64,000 nucleotides of DNA from Prevotellaceae bacterium UBA2744 (GCA_002353575.1 DEJQ01000019.1:118164-182163), one strand, 5' to 3'; positions 1 through 10,461 are shown, counted from the stretch's first letter. Translations and numbers: made by a program. Notes: generated by a model not told the origin, from the letters alone.

Positions 1-631
1 GTTCATCAAATGCTATCTTTGCCTCTACCTTGTTTGTAAGGATACAGGAAGATAGCAGGACTTGATACTTCTGTGCAAGAATTTGTGAACGAATCTGCTT
101 CTGAGCGAAAATGTAATATTTATAAATTTTGTTGTAGGTGTCTGGAATCTGCTGTCCAGATTCTTTGGCCTTCTGGAATTCTGTGAGGAAGCTCTGAACT
201 GCAGCATAGTCGTAACGACCAGTCTGCTGATTCTGGAACATAGGAACATTGAGGATTGATGCACCAGCCTGGATGGCTTCTGCCAATTCGTCATCAGTCA
301 CTGCCAGGCCAAGTTTTTCACACTCGTCTGCAATGAGAGAATTCTGGATGAATGTCTGCCATGCTTCGTCTTTGATACGATTGTTTTCCTCTTCAGAAAA
401 ACTGCTTTGGTTTTGTTGAATTTCATAAAAGGTAGTGAAGTCTTCAACCATCTGCTGATAGTCCTGAATGGATAATTTCTTTCCATTGATCTGACCTACG
501 TTCATCTTAGACTGGTTCCAAATGCTTTCACCACCACGAAGCGCATCTCCGATTACGAAAAGAAAAAGCGCTACGGCGATAATTGTAACAAGGAGTACTC
601 CCTTGCTTCTGATTGCTTGAATTGCTGCCAT
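1..631 (-). CDS. ppiD: PpiD-like periplasmic chaperone / peptidyl-prolyl isomerase, N-terminal part (C-terminus lies beyond window start)
   Basis: Own translation of the minus strand from ATG at 629-631 gives MAAIQAIRSKGVLLVTIIAVALFLFVIGDALRGGESIWNQSKMNVGQINGKKLSIQDYQQMVEDF... This is an N-terminal membrane anchor followed by a SurA-N/PpiD-like region. The frame stays open to the window edge, which is why it is absent from the ORF track. Confidence 0.6.
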   Translation of the reverse strand, partial: MAAIQAIRSKGVLLVTIIAVALFLFVIGDALRGGESIWNQSKMNVGQINGKKLSIQDYQQMVEDFTTFYEIQQNQSSFSEEENNRIKDEAWQTFIQNSLIADECEKLGLAVTDDELAEAIQAGASILNVPMFQNQQTGRYDYAAVQSFLTEFQKAKESGQQIPDTYNKIYKYYIFAQKQIRSQILAQKYQVLLSSCILTNKVEAKIAFDE

Positions 632-704
632 TATATAATTATTTGTTTGTTATTAGTTCTCATTATAGTATGCAAAAGGCATTGCCTTATGCGCAAAAAG
701 CGCA

Positions 705-712
705 CAAAGATA
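705..712 (-). promoter_or_regulatory. Candidate Bacteroidota -7 promoter box (TATCTTTG on minus strand) upstream of ppiD-like gene
   Basis: Plus strand reads CAAAGATA and matches the TAnnTTTG consensus. It lies 74 nt upstream of the ATG, a longer leader than at other genes here. Two small palindromes (TGCGCAAAAAGCGCA and AAGGCATTGCCTT) lie in the putative leader. Confidence 0.35.
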
Positions 713-736
713 GTCATTTTATAGATAATGAGAAAA

Positions 737-786
737 AGTAAAATGTAAAATTTGAGGTTGACCGTGCTAATTTGTTACATTTTACT
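737..786 (-). terminator. Possible intrinsic terminator downstream of lptC-like gene
   Basis: Perfect 12-bp inverted repeat AGTAAAATGTAA (737-748) / TTACATTTTACT (775-786) with a 26-nt loop. On the minus strand it is followed by TTTTTCTC. The large loop and AT-rich stem make it weak. Confidence 0.3.
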
Positions 787-801
787 GTTGCAAAGAACTA
801 A

Positions 802-1419
802 TTAATTTGTCTGTTGGGTTTTTATTTGCGTCGTGTCGGGTTCGGGCTGTGGATCTTCACCCTCATCGAATGGGAAATCGCCACTTGACATATGAATGCT
901 ATATTGAGTCATCTGTTCGTTGGAACGGAAGTTGGTTCCACGCAATGACTGTGTTTCACCGGTGATTTCCATATATGCTGGTGAATAGAACTCGTGAGAG
1001 TTCTGATCCCAATAGAGCAGAGTGGTTTTAAAGGTTTCTCCCTTTGTGTTTTTGATGAATACACGACTGCGTAGTTCCCATAGGTGGCGCTGGTCGTAGT
1101 AGTATGCTGTGTCGCAGTTTATGAATGCCTCGACATGGTAGTTCTCGTCGAACTTCTCCATGAAGAATCCCTTTTCGAAAGCCCAGTATGTAGGGTCTTT
1201 CTTGTCGTACATATACCAGTCTTCCGAGATAAGTTTGTAGCGTATGATGCCGGAGTCACTGATAAGTGTGCTGACCCCTTGTGACTTGAGCCAGGGTAGG
1301 GAATCGCGTATTCCCAACACCGGACCTGTATTTTCTTTTTCGCTCTCACATGAAAAAAATAATATTGCAGCAGTTGTCAGAACTGCTGCAATACTATATA
1401 TATGTGTGAGAACTTTCAT
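802..1419 (-). CDS. lptC: LptC-like lipoprotein (periplasmic LPS-export component)
   Basis: 205-aa ORF with a lipoprotein-type signal (..TTAAILFFSC). Size and beta-rich sequence are typical of Bacteroidota LptC-family proteins. It lies next to ppiD and in the same minus-strand gene run as an lptF/G-like gene. Family assigned from memory, not aligned. Confidence 0.5.
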   Translation of the reverse strand: MKVLTHIYSIAAVLTTAAILFFSCESEKENTGPVLGIRDSLPWLKSQGVSTLISDSGIIRYKLISEDWYMYDKKDPTYWAFEKGFFMEKFDENYHVEAFINCDTAYYYDQRHLWELRSRVFIKNTKGETFKTTLLYWDQNSHEFYSPAYMEITGETQSLRGTNFRSNEQMTQYSIHMSSGDFPFDEGEDPQPEPDTTQIKTQQTN

Positions 1420-1424
1420 CTGTA

Positions 1425-2882
1425 TTATCTGAGACGGAGGGTTGTTGTTTCACCCATTACGCTGACAGCTTGTCCGGCTTTTATACCAGCGAAGAATGCT
1501 TCTGATTTTGGATAGAAGTGAGCAGCATATCCGGCTGCCTGACGATTTGCCTTTGCTGCAGATGATGGGTCAACAGCCTTTGCCTTGTTACAGTAGTCTG
1601 CTGCAAGACAGTAGTAGTAGCTGGTAGCAACGTCTCTTGGACTCTTGCCGTATGCTCCGCGTGCGATAGCACTTGCCTGAAGCAGGTAAGCGGCACCGTT
1701 AGACGGGTTGTACTTGAGGTTTGCACGACACCACTGACGACATGCACCGATATTGCCCTTCTTGTAGTAGAGGGCTGCGATTACGTAAGCATATTTTGCT
1801 TTCTTTGCATTGTCTGTCTCCATTGAGATCGCCTCTTCGAAATATTTGAGTGCTTCAGAATCATTACCATCCTTCAACAGACGGCTTGCCTTAGCGATAG
1901 CAGCCTGTGGAGTCTTTGTAATCTGATATGCATAGTCTGCAGCTACATAGTAGATGTTGCTCTTGTCACACTCGAAGTTGTTGAGGATAGAGAGAACTGC
2001 ATTCAGATAGTTGATGTCAGTCTTGTTTGCTTCAACTTTCTCCATGTATATCTTTTCGAGAGCATCGCAGTCAGCAGCACCAGACTTAACGAAGAGTGTG
2101 TTACACTGTTCCTGAGTAGGCTGGTAGTTGCGGATGATCTTCTCTGCTTCTGGGTGGAGAACTACTTGCTCTTGCCATTTAGTTGAATCTGGAGAGTCTG
2201 GGTCAGCTGGAATCGTGGTTGATGGATATTCTTTAGCCTGATCTAACAGACGGTCGCAAATTTCATTGCAAAGCATATAGTCCTGAATGAAATCCTGACG
2301 GATATCTGTGTTGTTGACATTCTGCATGAAGCGGTTGTATGAACACTCGATAAATCCGTAAAGTACGAATGCTTCAATGTTCTTGCCAAGGTCTTCAATA
2401 CCTTCTTTGAACATTGCATATGCTTTGTTGTTGTCCATCTTAGGACAGAAGTAATAGTAGTCGTATGCTTTACGGCAGATTACATTACCCTTTGTTGACT
2501 GGTCACGAGGACCTGAGAATGAGTTGAGGGCTTCACGATACTTGAGACGCTGGTCGTAGATTGCCATCAGTTTGTTAAAGTATGCTTCTTTTTTTGCAGG
2601 GTCTGTTTCGTGTTGAATAAGTTGCTCGAACATCCATGCACCGTTGGTATAGATGCGGACCTGAGCAAGTGGTGCCTTATTGAATACGAATTCCCATGGC
2701 TCGATAGCGTCTTTGTAGTTCTTTGCCTTGAACTCGCTCTGATACAGAGAGAGGTTTGTACGTACATCAATACTATCCTGTCCATGCCCGATACGATCTT
2801 CTAATTCTGTACCTGCAAGATTTTGTGCTGAGGCAAACATGCAACCTGAAGCACACGCAATTGTTAAAAGGAGTTTTTTCAT
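1425..2882 (-). CDS. Secreted tetratricopeptide-repeat (TPR) protein
   Basis: 485-aa ORF with signal peptide MKKLLLTIACASGCMFASAQ. Repeated A/Y/L-rich helical hairpins are present (..AKYAYVIAALYYKKGNIGACRQW.., ..ALKYFEEAI..). Its stop lies 6 nt from the lptC-like start. Confidence 0.6.
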   Translation of the reverse strand: MKKLLLTIACASGCMFASAQNLAGTELEDRIGHGQDSIDVRTNLSLYQSEFKAKNYKDAIEPWEFVFNKAPLAQVRIYTNGAWMFEQLIQHETDPAKKEAYFNKLMAIYDQRLKYREALNSFSGPRDQSTKGNVICRKAYDYYYFCPKMDNNKAYAMFKEGIEDLGKNIEAFVLYGFIECSYNRFMQNVNNTDIRQDFIQDYMLCNEICDRLLDQAKEYPSTTIPADPDSPDSTKWQEQVVLHPEAEKIIRNYQPTQEQCNTLFVKSGAADCDALEKIYMEKVEANKTDINYLNAVLSILNNFECDKSNIYYVAADYAYQITKTPQAAIAKASRLLKDGNDSEALKYFEEAISMETDNAKKAKYAYVIAALYYKKGNIGACRQWCRANLKYNPSNGAAYLLQASAIARGAYGKSPRDVATSYYYCLAADYCNKAKAVDPSSAAKANRQAAGYAAHFYPKSEAFFAGIKAGQAVSVMGETTTLRLR

Positions 2883-2938
2883 AATATTGCCTTGTTTGTT
2901 GTTTTTAGTTCGTTTATGTATTTAATTAATGTCGCGAT

Positions 2939-4294
2939 TTATTGTACTTTCCATTTATAGAACCAACGTTCGCTAAGTGTCAATCCAAGGGAAAGCCTGA
3001 AATAGTTTTCTTTCAGTGTGCCGGATTTTGATGTGGCATTGCTGAAGTATGGAATGTTTGTGTGAACCCATGAAAATGTAACATTGAGTTTTGGCGAACT
3101 GTAGAAGAGGTTTCTGTTTCTGATAGGAATAGTGAAACCTGCTGATACTCCAAATTCGGTCGGCTTTTTCAATGAAACAGATGGGGATTCGTTTGCATTG
3201 GCATAAGAGCGAGAGTAGTAGCCGCCTATTTTATATTTGGTTCTTCTAAGGAATGACGATGACTCGTAGTCGGGAGTATATTCAAATCCTCCTGAGAATT
3301 TCCAACGGTCGTTCAGCACACCATAATATGGCGTCCATGATTTGCTTCCATCATAGTCTTCGTAGTTTTCTGCAATAGGGAAGTAAACCTTACTCCAGCG
3401 TTCCCAGTTTGCGTCAATTCCGGCCCTGATCTTTTTACTGTTGTAAAAGGTGACTCCCAGTCCGAAACTATGTGGTAACTGAAATGCTTTGTCGAGTACT
3501 ACGTCAGTTGAAATATCTTGTGTCGTAGATACAATAGCAGTGTTTCTTGTTGCATCTCCGCCCATATTGTGTCCGAAGGAATATGTTGCACCGATAGTCA
3601 ACCTGTCATCTTTAGATAGGTTAATGGTATATTGGGCACCAGCCTCCAATGTGTAGGTGTTTATGCTTGCAGAGTATGTTCTTCTCATGCTGTATGCGGT
3701 GGATGAACTGGTGGTATTTGTCATTCTGTGTTCATAGTCGCCCCACAGGAATCCTACATTAAGTCCGATGCTGAAAGGTCTGAATATTTGCCATCCGGCT
3801 CCGAGCATCACCTGTCGGAGTCCCCCTGTACCTGTGTAGGTGTATGAGTGTGTGATGTTTTCGTTGTTTTCTATAGTCCTTGTATTTGAAGAGAAACTAT
3901 AGTTTATCTTTGAAAAGGGGAGAAAAGAAAGGGTGATTCCAAGTCCCTTTGTGGCACGAAATGAATATGCAAAATAGTCAAATGTACAGTTTCTTGCATT
4001 CTGCGACAGATTTCCCATTTTGAAGTTGCTGGCCTGAAGGGTAATTCCCAAATCGAATAGGGCAGTGAGGGAATCAACTGCAGAATAGGATGCCGGGTTG
4101 GCAGGGTTTATTTCCTGGCCGTCACGAAATCCCAGGGCTACACCTCCCATGGCTTTGTTGAAGCCCATGGAACGTTCGGATAGAAGTCCGAATCCGTAAC
4201 GTGAATAAGGTGAGTTAACACCATTCTGAGCACTTGCTCCGATAGCGAGTGTCAGAAATGTATATAGTATAGTTGCTTTCTTTATGAATTTCAT
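2939..4294 (-). CDS. Outer-membrane beta-barrel protein (FadL/TodX-like porin family, tentative)
   Basis: Signal peptide MKFIKKATILYTFLTLAIGASAQ, an SPYSRYGFG motif near the N-terminus, an alternating beta-strand pattern and an aromatic C-terminal end (..WFYKWKVQ). Start moved from 4351 to ATG 4294 because a TACTTTTG -7 box (4322-4329) lies inside the longer ORF. Confidence 0.55.
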   Translation of the reverse strand: MKFIKKATILYTFLTLAIGASAQNGVNSPYSRYGFGLLSERSMGFNKAMGGVALGFRDGQEINPANPASYSAVDSLTALFDLGITLQASNFKMGNLSQNARNCTFDYFAYSFRATKGLGITLSFLPFSKINYSFSSNTRTIENNENITHSYTYTGTGGLRQVMLGAGWQIFRPFSIGLNVGFLWGDYEHRMTNTTSSSTAYSMRRTYSASINTYTLEAGAQYTINLSKDDRLTIGATYSFGHNMGGDATRNTAIVSTTQDISTDVVLDKAFQLPHSFGLGVTFYNSKKIRAGIDANWERWSKVYFPIAENYEDYDGSKSWTPYYGVLNDRWKFSGGFEYTPDYESSSFLRRTKYKIGGYYSRSYANANESPSVSLKKPTEFGVSAGFTIPIRNRNLFYSSPKLNVTFSWVHTNIPYFSNATSKSGTLKENYFRLSLGLTLSERWFYKWKVQ

Positions 4295-4321
4295 CGTCAA
4301 ACTGTCAGTCTGAAAAACGCG

Positions 4322-4329
4322 CAAAAGTA
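4322..4329 (-). promoter_or_regulatory. -7 promoter box TACTTTTG (minus strand) for OM-barrel/TPR/lptC operon
   Basis: Plus strand CAAAAGTA. Exact match to TAnnTTTG, 28 nt upstream of ATG 4294. Confidence 0.45.
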
Positions 4330-4360
4330 GGAGTTTTCGCTGAGTAATCAAAGTTTTATA

Positions 4361-5614
4361 TTAGTTTTTGCCTTTAGGCTGCTGCTTTTTAGCACTTTTT
4401 TTATTTTTGTAATACCGTCTTTGTGGCTTTTTAACTCCACTTGTCATTTGTGGTTTTTCTCCACATCCGGGTGGAAGGTCTGGTTTGTCAATAGTCTTTT
4501 CTATCAATTTTTCTATTTTTAAAAGATAAGACCAATCCTTTTGGTTTACAAGCGTTATGGCTTCTCCTTCACGATTAGCTCTGGCAGTTCTGCCTATGCG
4601 GTGTACATAATCTTCTGCGTCCTTGGGTACATCGTAGTTTATCACCAGCTGAATGTCGTCAATGTCAATTCCTCGACTTACAATGTCGGTTGCAATGAGT
4701 ATGCTTATCCTTCTGTTTCTGAATTCATAAAGAATATTATCTCGTTCCTTCTGATCGAGGTCGGAATGCATCGCTCCGACATTGAATCCTTTCATCTTCA
4801 AGGCACGTGTCAGTTCCTTTACCTTTTGTTTGGATGATGCAAACATAATGACTCTGTCGAGCGGATTTGCAGTATTTGCGTCTTTAGATGGAGCCAGAAT
4901 GTATTCTACTACTTTGTCTTTCATCCCGTCGTAGCAAAGGTAGGCACTTTGTTTTATCTTGTCTGCTGGTTTGCTTACGGCAATTCTCACTTCCACATAA
5001 TTATGTAGTATATTCTTAGCCAGTTTTCTGATGTTCTCGGGCATAGTAGCAGAGAACATGATGGTTTGTCTGTCCTTGCTCATGTACGATGCTATCTTTA
5101 TGATGTCATCGTAGAATCCCATGTCGAGCATTCTGTCAGCCTCATCCAAGATGAAGAAAGATGTGCGTGTGAGGTCTATATGTCCTCCTGTCAGATGACT
5201 GATGAGACGTCCCGGGGTTGCAATGATTATGTCTGCTCCGAGTTCCAGTCCTTTTCGCTCCTGTTCAAATCGCTGCCCGTCATTACCTCCATAAACAGCC
5301 AGACTCGATACTCCTTGCAGGTAATATCCGAATCCTTCGACCTGCTGGTCTATTTGTTGTGCTAATTCACGTGTAGGAGCCATGATGATGCAGTTTACGG
5401 CGTTCTTTGGATATAATCCTGAGCTGAGCTCATCAAGGATAGGCAGCAAATAGGCGGCTGTCTTTCCTGTTCCTGTCTGGGCTATACCAATGATGTCTTT
5501 CCCTTCCAGAATAGGTGGAATGGCCTTTTCCTGTATGGGAGTACACTCTGTAAAATTCATTGCATCGAGAGCGTCCAGTATGTCGTCTGATAAGTCTAAT
5601 TCGTCGAAATACAT
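4361..5614 (-). CDS. DEAD-box ATP-dependent RNA helicase
   Basis: Motifs AQTGTGKT (I), PTRELA, ILDEADRML (DEAD), MFSATMP (SAT) and HRIGRTAR (VI), plus a basic C-terminal tail. Confidence 0.9.
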   Translation of the reverse strand: MYFDELDLSDDILDALDAMNFTECTPIQEKAIPPILEGKDIIGIAQTGTGKTAAYLLPILDELSSGLYPKNAVNCIIMAPTRELAQQIDQQVEGFGYYLQGVSSLAVYGGNDGQRFEQERKGLELGADIIIATPGRLISHLTGGHIDLTRTSFFILDEADRMLDMGFYDDIIKIASYMSKDRQTIMFSATMPENIRKLAKNILHNYVEVRIAVSKPADKIKQSAYLCYDGMKDKVVEYILAPSKDANTANPLDRVIMFASSKQKVKELTRALKMKGFNVGAMHSDLDQKERDNILYEFRNRRISILIATDIVSRGIDIDDIQLVINYDVPKDAEDYVHRIGRTARANREGEAITLVNQKDWSYLLKIEKLIEKTIDKPDLPPGCGEKPQMTSGVKKPQRRYYKNKKSAKKQQPKGKN

Positions 5615-5646
5615 ATAGCTAATACTTATTGTAACTTAGTGTTGTT

Positions 5647-6756
5647 TTATCTGGGTGCTTTCTTATAAAAATAGAAAGCGATGAATACATAAATGAAGTT
5701 TGGAATCCACACTGCCAGCAGCGGCGGGAAGTTTGCGTTGATGGAGAATGTAGCCGACATGGTTTGAAACATGATGTATGTAACGGAGAGTGCCAAACCA
5801 ACGCCCAGCGACATTCCCAGTCCGTTTTTTCGTTTTTGTGCTGACAGTGATACACCGATTATGGTTAGGATAAACACGGCAAATGACGAGGCTCCACGTT
5901 TGTGGTATTCTACCTCAAATTCTTTTATGTTGGCAAATCCTCGTGCTTTCTGACGGTCTATGTATGTGCTTAGTTCAGGCGTTGTAAGTGTTTCCTGTTG
6001 TCCTGGGCTGATGAGGAAATCCTGTGGCTCCATGTTGATGAATGTATCGCGTCGCCCGCCGCTTGTGATTACTTCGCGCATACCTTGAAGATCACGAGTC
6101 TGGTAGTTGGAAATTATCCAGTGACAAGGCTTTTCGGATAGTGAATCATACTGAATGGTCATTGCCTGCAGGTGCTTTACGAGTTTTTTATTCTCATATT
6201 TGTCGAGTGTAAAGTCGTAGCCCATCTTGTAGCGGTCGTCGTAACGGCTGATGTATGCTATCACACCGTCTTCCACTTTCAGTTGCACATTATTAGTATA
6301 TAAATTATGGTCGCGGTTCATGTATTGTTGTTCAAACTTTATTCGTTCCACATTGCCTTTGGGAATGATGAACGCCCCCATCACATAAGTGAGAATGCAG
6401 ATGAAACCGGCTCCAATCATATATGGTCGCAACAGTCGGTTGAAACTGGTTCCTGTTGACATCATTGCTATAATCTCGGAGTTTTCTGCCAGTTTTGTGG
6501 TGAAAAAGATAACGGCAATGAATACAAACAACTGGGAAAACAAGTTTGAGTAGTAGGGCACGAAGTTGACGTAATAGAAGAATATACCCTTAGGGGTTGC
6601 ATGGAATTCTATGAACTTGTCAAGATGCTCGTTGAAGTCGAACACTACTGCTATGGAGATAATCAGGATAATCGAAAAGAAGTATGTGCCCAGATACTTT
6701 CCGATGATATAGCGATCAAGTCTTGATATATGTATAAGTTTCCAGAATTTCTCCAT
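5647..6756 (-). CDS. LptF/LptG-family LPS export permease (YjgP/YjgQ)
   Basis: 369 aa. It starts ..LDRYIIGKYLGTYFFSIILIISIAVVFDF.. as is typical of this family: three N-terminal TM helices, a central periplasmic beta domain and three C-terminal TM helices. Confidence 0.75.
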   Translation of the reverse strand: MEKFWKLIHISRLDRYIIGKYLGTYFFSIILIISIAVVFDFNEHLDKFIEFHATPKGIFFYYVNFVPYYSNLFSQLFVFIAVIFFTTKLAENSEIIAMMSTGTSFNRLLRPYMIGAGFICILTYVMGAFIIPKGNVERIKFEQQYMNRDHNLYTNNVQLKVEDGVIAYISRYDDRYKMGYDFTLDKYENKKLVKHLQAMTIQYDSLSEKPCHWIISNYQTRDLQGMREVITSGGRRDTFINMEPQDFLISPGQQETLTTPELSTYIDRQKARGFANIKEFEVEYHKRGASSFAVFILTIIGVSLSAQKRKNGLGMSLGVGLALSVTYIMFQTMSATFSINANFPPLLAVWIPNFIYVFIAFYFYKKAPR

Positions 6757-6791
6757 TAGTTGTTCATGCTTAATGCGTTAAGCTGTTTTGC

Positions 6792-7922
6792 TTAAAGCCT
6801 TCTGCCAAGCTCTTCGCACATTTTGGCTTTCCAGATGGCATAGTCGCCTGCTTCTATGTGGTTTCTTGCTTCACCTACGAGCCACAGGTAGAATGCAAGA
6901 TTATGTATGCTGGCTATTTGTAATGCCAGCAGTTCTTCTGCCTTGAACAGATGGTGAACGTATGCTTTTGTGTATGTCTTGTCCACAAACGAAGTACCCT
7001 CTTCGTCGAGTGGGGTGAAATCAAACTCCCATTTCTTGTTTCTGAGGTTGATGGTTCCGTGCTTAGTGAAAATCTGAGCATTGCGTCCGTTTCTTGTCGG
7101 CATCACACAATCGAACATATCCACGCCTCTTTCTATTCCTTCGAGAATATTTATAGGGGTGCCAACCCCCATCAGGTATCGGGGCTTATCCTTGGGAAGA
7201 ATAGCATTCACGGTTTCTATCATCTCATACATCACATCGGTCGGTTCTCCAACGGCTAAGCCGCCTATGGCATTGCCGTCAGCTCCCTTGTTTGCAATGT
7301 TTTCTGCGGCCCGTTCTCTCAGGTCCTTATATGTACAGCCTTGTACAATAGGGAAGAGACTCTGGCTGTATCCGTACTTCGGGTCAGTCTCATTAAAGCG
7401 TTTGATGCAGCGATCAAGCCATTCCTCTGTCAATCCGAGTGATTTCTTTGCATAGTTGTAATCGCTGGTTCCCGGCGGACACTCGTCGAATGCCATTATG
7501 ATGTCAGCACCGATACTTCTCTCTATGTCCATCACCTTTTCAGGTGTGAAGAAATGCTTCGAACCGTCTATGTGGCTTCTGAATTCTACTCCTTCTGCCT
7601 TTATCTTTCTGATGCCGGCAAGTGAGAATACCTGAAAGCCTCCGGAGTCGGTAAGCATGGGACGGTCGAAACCGTTAAACTTATGCAGGCCGCCTGCTGC
7701 TTCGATAATTTCCAATCCAGGTCTGAGGTACAGATGATAGGTGTTACCAAGAATAATTTGTGCCTTTATGTCATCTTTCAGTTCATGCAAATGCACGCCT
7801 TTGACGGTAGCCTGTGTACCTACGGGCATAAAGATAGGAGTACGGATGTCGCCGTGAGCAGTGTGAATCAGACCGCTTCGTGCATTCGTCTTCTCGTCCG
7901 AGTGTTCTACTGTAAATGTCAA
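6792..7922 (-). CDS. tgt: tRNA-guanine transglycosylase (queuine tRNA-ribosyltransferase)
   Basis: 376 aa with hallmark stretches ARSGLIHTAHGDIRTPIFMPVGT, LTDSGGFQVFS, IMAFDEC and LMGVGTP. Confidence 0.95.
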   Translation of the reverse strand: MTFTVEHSDEKTNARSGLIHTAHGDIRTPIFMPVGTQATVKGVHLHELKDDIKAQIILGNTYHLYLRPGLEIIEAAGGLHKFNGFDRPMLTDSGGFQVFSLAGIRKIKAEGVEFRSHIDGSKHFFTPEKVMDIERSIGADIIMAFDECPPGTSDYNYAKKSLGLTEEWLDRCIKRFNETDPKYGYSQSLFPIVQGCTYKDLRERAAENIANKGADGNAIGGLAVGEPTDVMYEMIETVNAILPKDKPRYLMGVGTPINILEGIERGVDMFDCVMPTRNGRNAQIFTKHGTINLRNKKWEFDFTPLDEEGTSFVDKTYTKAYVHHLFKAEELLALQIASIHNLAFYLWLVGEARNHIEAGDYAIWKAKMCEELGRRL

Positions 7923-7934
7923 CTTTTTTCTCTT

Positions 7935-10421
7935 TTATAGTAATGCATAATCCAATACGTCTTTTACAGTTTCGACGTAGTGGAATTTCAATCCCTTTAC
8001 ATATATTGCCGGAACATCTTCTACGTTTCTGCGGTTTTCGTTACAGCATACGATATCAGTTATACCGGCACGCTTGGCTGCCAATATTTTTTCTTTTACT
8101 CCACCTATAGGCAGGACTTTGCCTCGCAGTGTGATTTCGCCAGTCATGGCAATCTGCTTGCGTACTTTTCTGCCTGTGATAGCAGAGGCTATAGATGTTG
8201 CAATGGTAATGCCGGCAGAAGGACCGTCCTTCGGAGTAGCTCCTTCGGGTACGTGTATATGGATATTGTGCGTGGCGAAGAAATCGGCCCATGTGGCTGT
8301 GTGCTTCAATCCGTCTTTATCCATCTGTTCCTGTACTGATTTCGGCAGGGAGGGTGCTTTGCCTAACAGGTCTGTATTAGCTTTCAGATATTGAAGGGCG
8401 ATTGTGGCTGATTCCTTCATGACGTCGCCAAGATTACCCGTAATCGACAATCCAGCCTGCTTGGATTCGTTGTAACTTGTCTCAATGTATAGGATTTCTC
8501 CACCGACACTGGTCCATGCGAGTCCTGTAACGACACCGCACTGGGCATTACCTTCGTATTTGTCTCTTTGGAAAGGTTCTGTGCCAAGATATTTCTTTAC
8601 ATCCTCAACCTTAAGCTCCTTGTCAGGCAGTTCGCCAGTCTTGGCATAGTCAAGTGTGACCTTGCGGAGTATGGAAGTTATTTTCTTGTCCAGTTCACGT
8701 ACACCCGACTCTCTTGTATAGTCTTCGATAACTTTTTCTATTGCTGCCTTCGAGAGTTTGATGCCACTATCAGTCATGCCAAGGTTCTCCAGCTGTTTTG
8801 GTATCAGATGGCGTTTGGCAATTTCTATCTTTTCTTCTGTCAGGTATCCGCTTACCTCGATGAGTTCCATACGGTCGAGCAGAGGTGCGGGAATGTTACT
8901 TATGTTATTTGCAGTTGCAATAAACATTACCTTCGACAGGTCGTAGTCTATGTCCAGATAATTATCGTGGAAGGCATTGTTCTGTTCTGGGTCCAGGACC
9001 TCGAGCAGTGCTGATGCCGGGTCTCCGTTGACATTATTCTGTGTCACCTTATCAATCTCATCGAGGATGAATACAGGATTTGAGCTTTTTGCCTTAATGA
9101 TGTTCTTGATGATGCGTCCGGGCATTGAACCCACATATGTTCTGCGGTGTCCTCTGATTTCAGCCTCATCGTGTATTCCACCAAGACTCATTCTCACGTA
9201 ATTACGTTTCATAGCAGTCGCGATGCTCCTGCCCAGGCTTGTCTTTCCGACTCCCGGAGGTCCATACAGACAGATTATAGGACTCTTGAAGTCGCCTCTC
9301 ATCTTCAGTACGGCCAGATGTTCCAGAATTCTTTCCTTTACTTTTTCCATGCCGAAGTGGTCTTTGTTCAGCACCTTCTCGGCATTCTTTATGCTTAGAT
9401 TGTCCTTGGTGTATTCTCCCCAAGGCAGGTCGGTCAGGGTTTCTAAATATGAGTATGCAGTCTGATAGTCGGGGCTTGAAGGATTCTGTCTCTGCATCTT
9501 CCTGATTTCATCGTTGAAGAAACTCATCATTTCCTCACTCCATTTCAGTTTTTCAGCCTTCTTCTTCAGCTTTGCCACGGAGTCGATGTCTTCTCCATTG
9601 TTCAGCTCTTTTTCAATGCGCTCCATTTCCTGTCTCAGGAAATACTCCCGTTGCTGTTTGTCTATCTGGTCTTTTGTCTGCTGTTGCAGGTTGTGCTTCA
9701 ACATGATAAACTGGTACTCTCTGTTTAGCAGTCCCAGGAGTTTATATGCACGGTCATACAGATTCGTTTCTTCCAACAGAACAATCTTGTTCCGGTTTTC
9801 TATCGGCATGTTTGTGCTGATGAAGTTGATGGCCATGGCTTTATCGGATATGTTGTGCAAGGCGAAAGCCATTCCTATCATCGCCTCGTTCATCCTCATC
9901 AGCTTATTGGCAGTTTCCTTACATGCCTCAACCACTGCATTCCAGTTCTTGTCACCTTTTGCCGGAATCTCTTCAGGGTATAGTTCCGTCTGTCCCTTCA
10001 GATATGCTCCGCTATCGTCAATCGAGATTAGTCTTACTCTCTGAAAGCCCTGTAACAGTGCTGTCTGCGAGTTGTCAGGCAGACGTATGATACGAATCAC
10101 CTTGGCAATTACTCCGGTGTGGTACAGGTCGTTTAATCCCGGTTTGTTTACGTTGTCGTCAATCTGTGAGAACACGGCAATCGGACTGTTGTGCTTTTGT
10201 GCGTATTCGACCAGTTTCAACGATGATTTCCTGCCGACGTTTACAGGCAGGACAGTGTTGGGGAACAGCATTACACCTTTCAGCGGCAGGATAGGGATGA
10301 TATCATTTGGCGACACGCTGAAATCAATCATTTTGGCATCAGGTTCGTCAAAATTAGCATAAAGAGAAATATGATTGCCAGATCCCTCATCTGTTATTAT
10401 TTCATCAAAAAAATCTTCCAT
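7935..10421 (-). CDS. lon: ATP-dependent Lon protease
   Basis: LON N-domain, Walker A GPPGVGKTS and protease site PKDGPSAG. The ORF-track start (10436) is a TTG. The first ATG (MEDFFDE, 10421) sits 41 nt downstream of the TACCTTCG box. Confidence 0.95.
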   Translation of the reverse strand: MEDFFDEIITDEGSGNHISLYANFDEPDAKMIDFSVSPNDIIPILPLKGVMLFPNTVLPVNVGRKSSLKLVEYAQKHNSPIAVFSQIDDNVNKPGLNDLYHTGVIAKVIRIIRLPDNSQTALLQGFQRVRLISIDDSGAYLKGQTELYPEEIPAKGDKNWNAVVEACKETANKLMRMNEAMIGMAFALHNISDKAMAINFISTNMPIENRNKIVLLEETNLYDRAYKLLGLLNREYQFIMLKHNLQQQTKDQIDKQQREYFLRQEMERIEKELNNGEDIDSVAKLKKKAEKLKWSEEMMSFFNDEIRKMQRQNPSSPDYQTAYSYLETLTDLPWGEYTKDNLSIKNAEKVLNKDHFGMEKVKERILEHLAVLKMRGDFKSPIICLYGPPGVGKTSLGRSIATAMKRNYVRMSLGGIHDEAEIRGHRRTYVGSMPGRIIKNIIKAKSSNPVFILDEIDKVTQNNVNGDPASALLEVLDPEQNNAFHDNYLDIDYDLSKVMFIATANNISNIPAPLLDRMELIEVSGYLTEEKIEIAKRHLIPKQLENLGMTDSGIKLSKAAIEKVIEDYTRESGVRELDKKITSILRKVTLDYAKTGELPDKELKVEDVKKYLGTEPFQRDKYEGNAQCGVVTGLAWTSVGGEILYIETSYNESKQAGLSITGNLGDVMKESATIALQYLKANTDLLGKAPSLPKSVQEQMDKDGLKHTATWADFFATHNIHIHVPEGATPKDGPSAGITIATSIASAITGRKVRKQIAMTGEITLRGKVLPIGGVKEKILAAKRAGITDIVCCNENRRNVEDVPAIYVKGLKFHYVETVKDVLDYALL

Positions 10422-10461
10422 TATTAAACTACGCAATTCAACTAATTTATGAAAAACGGTG

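Noticed and set aside
6768-6783. Palindrome GCTTAATGCGTTAAGC between tgt and the lptF/G-like gene, considered as a terminator.
   Set aside because: It has a 6-bp stem and no U-tract on the transcribed (minus) strand. The genes are 35 nt apart and probably co-transcribed.
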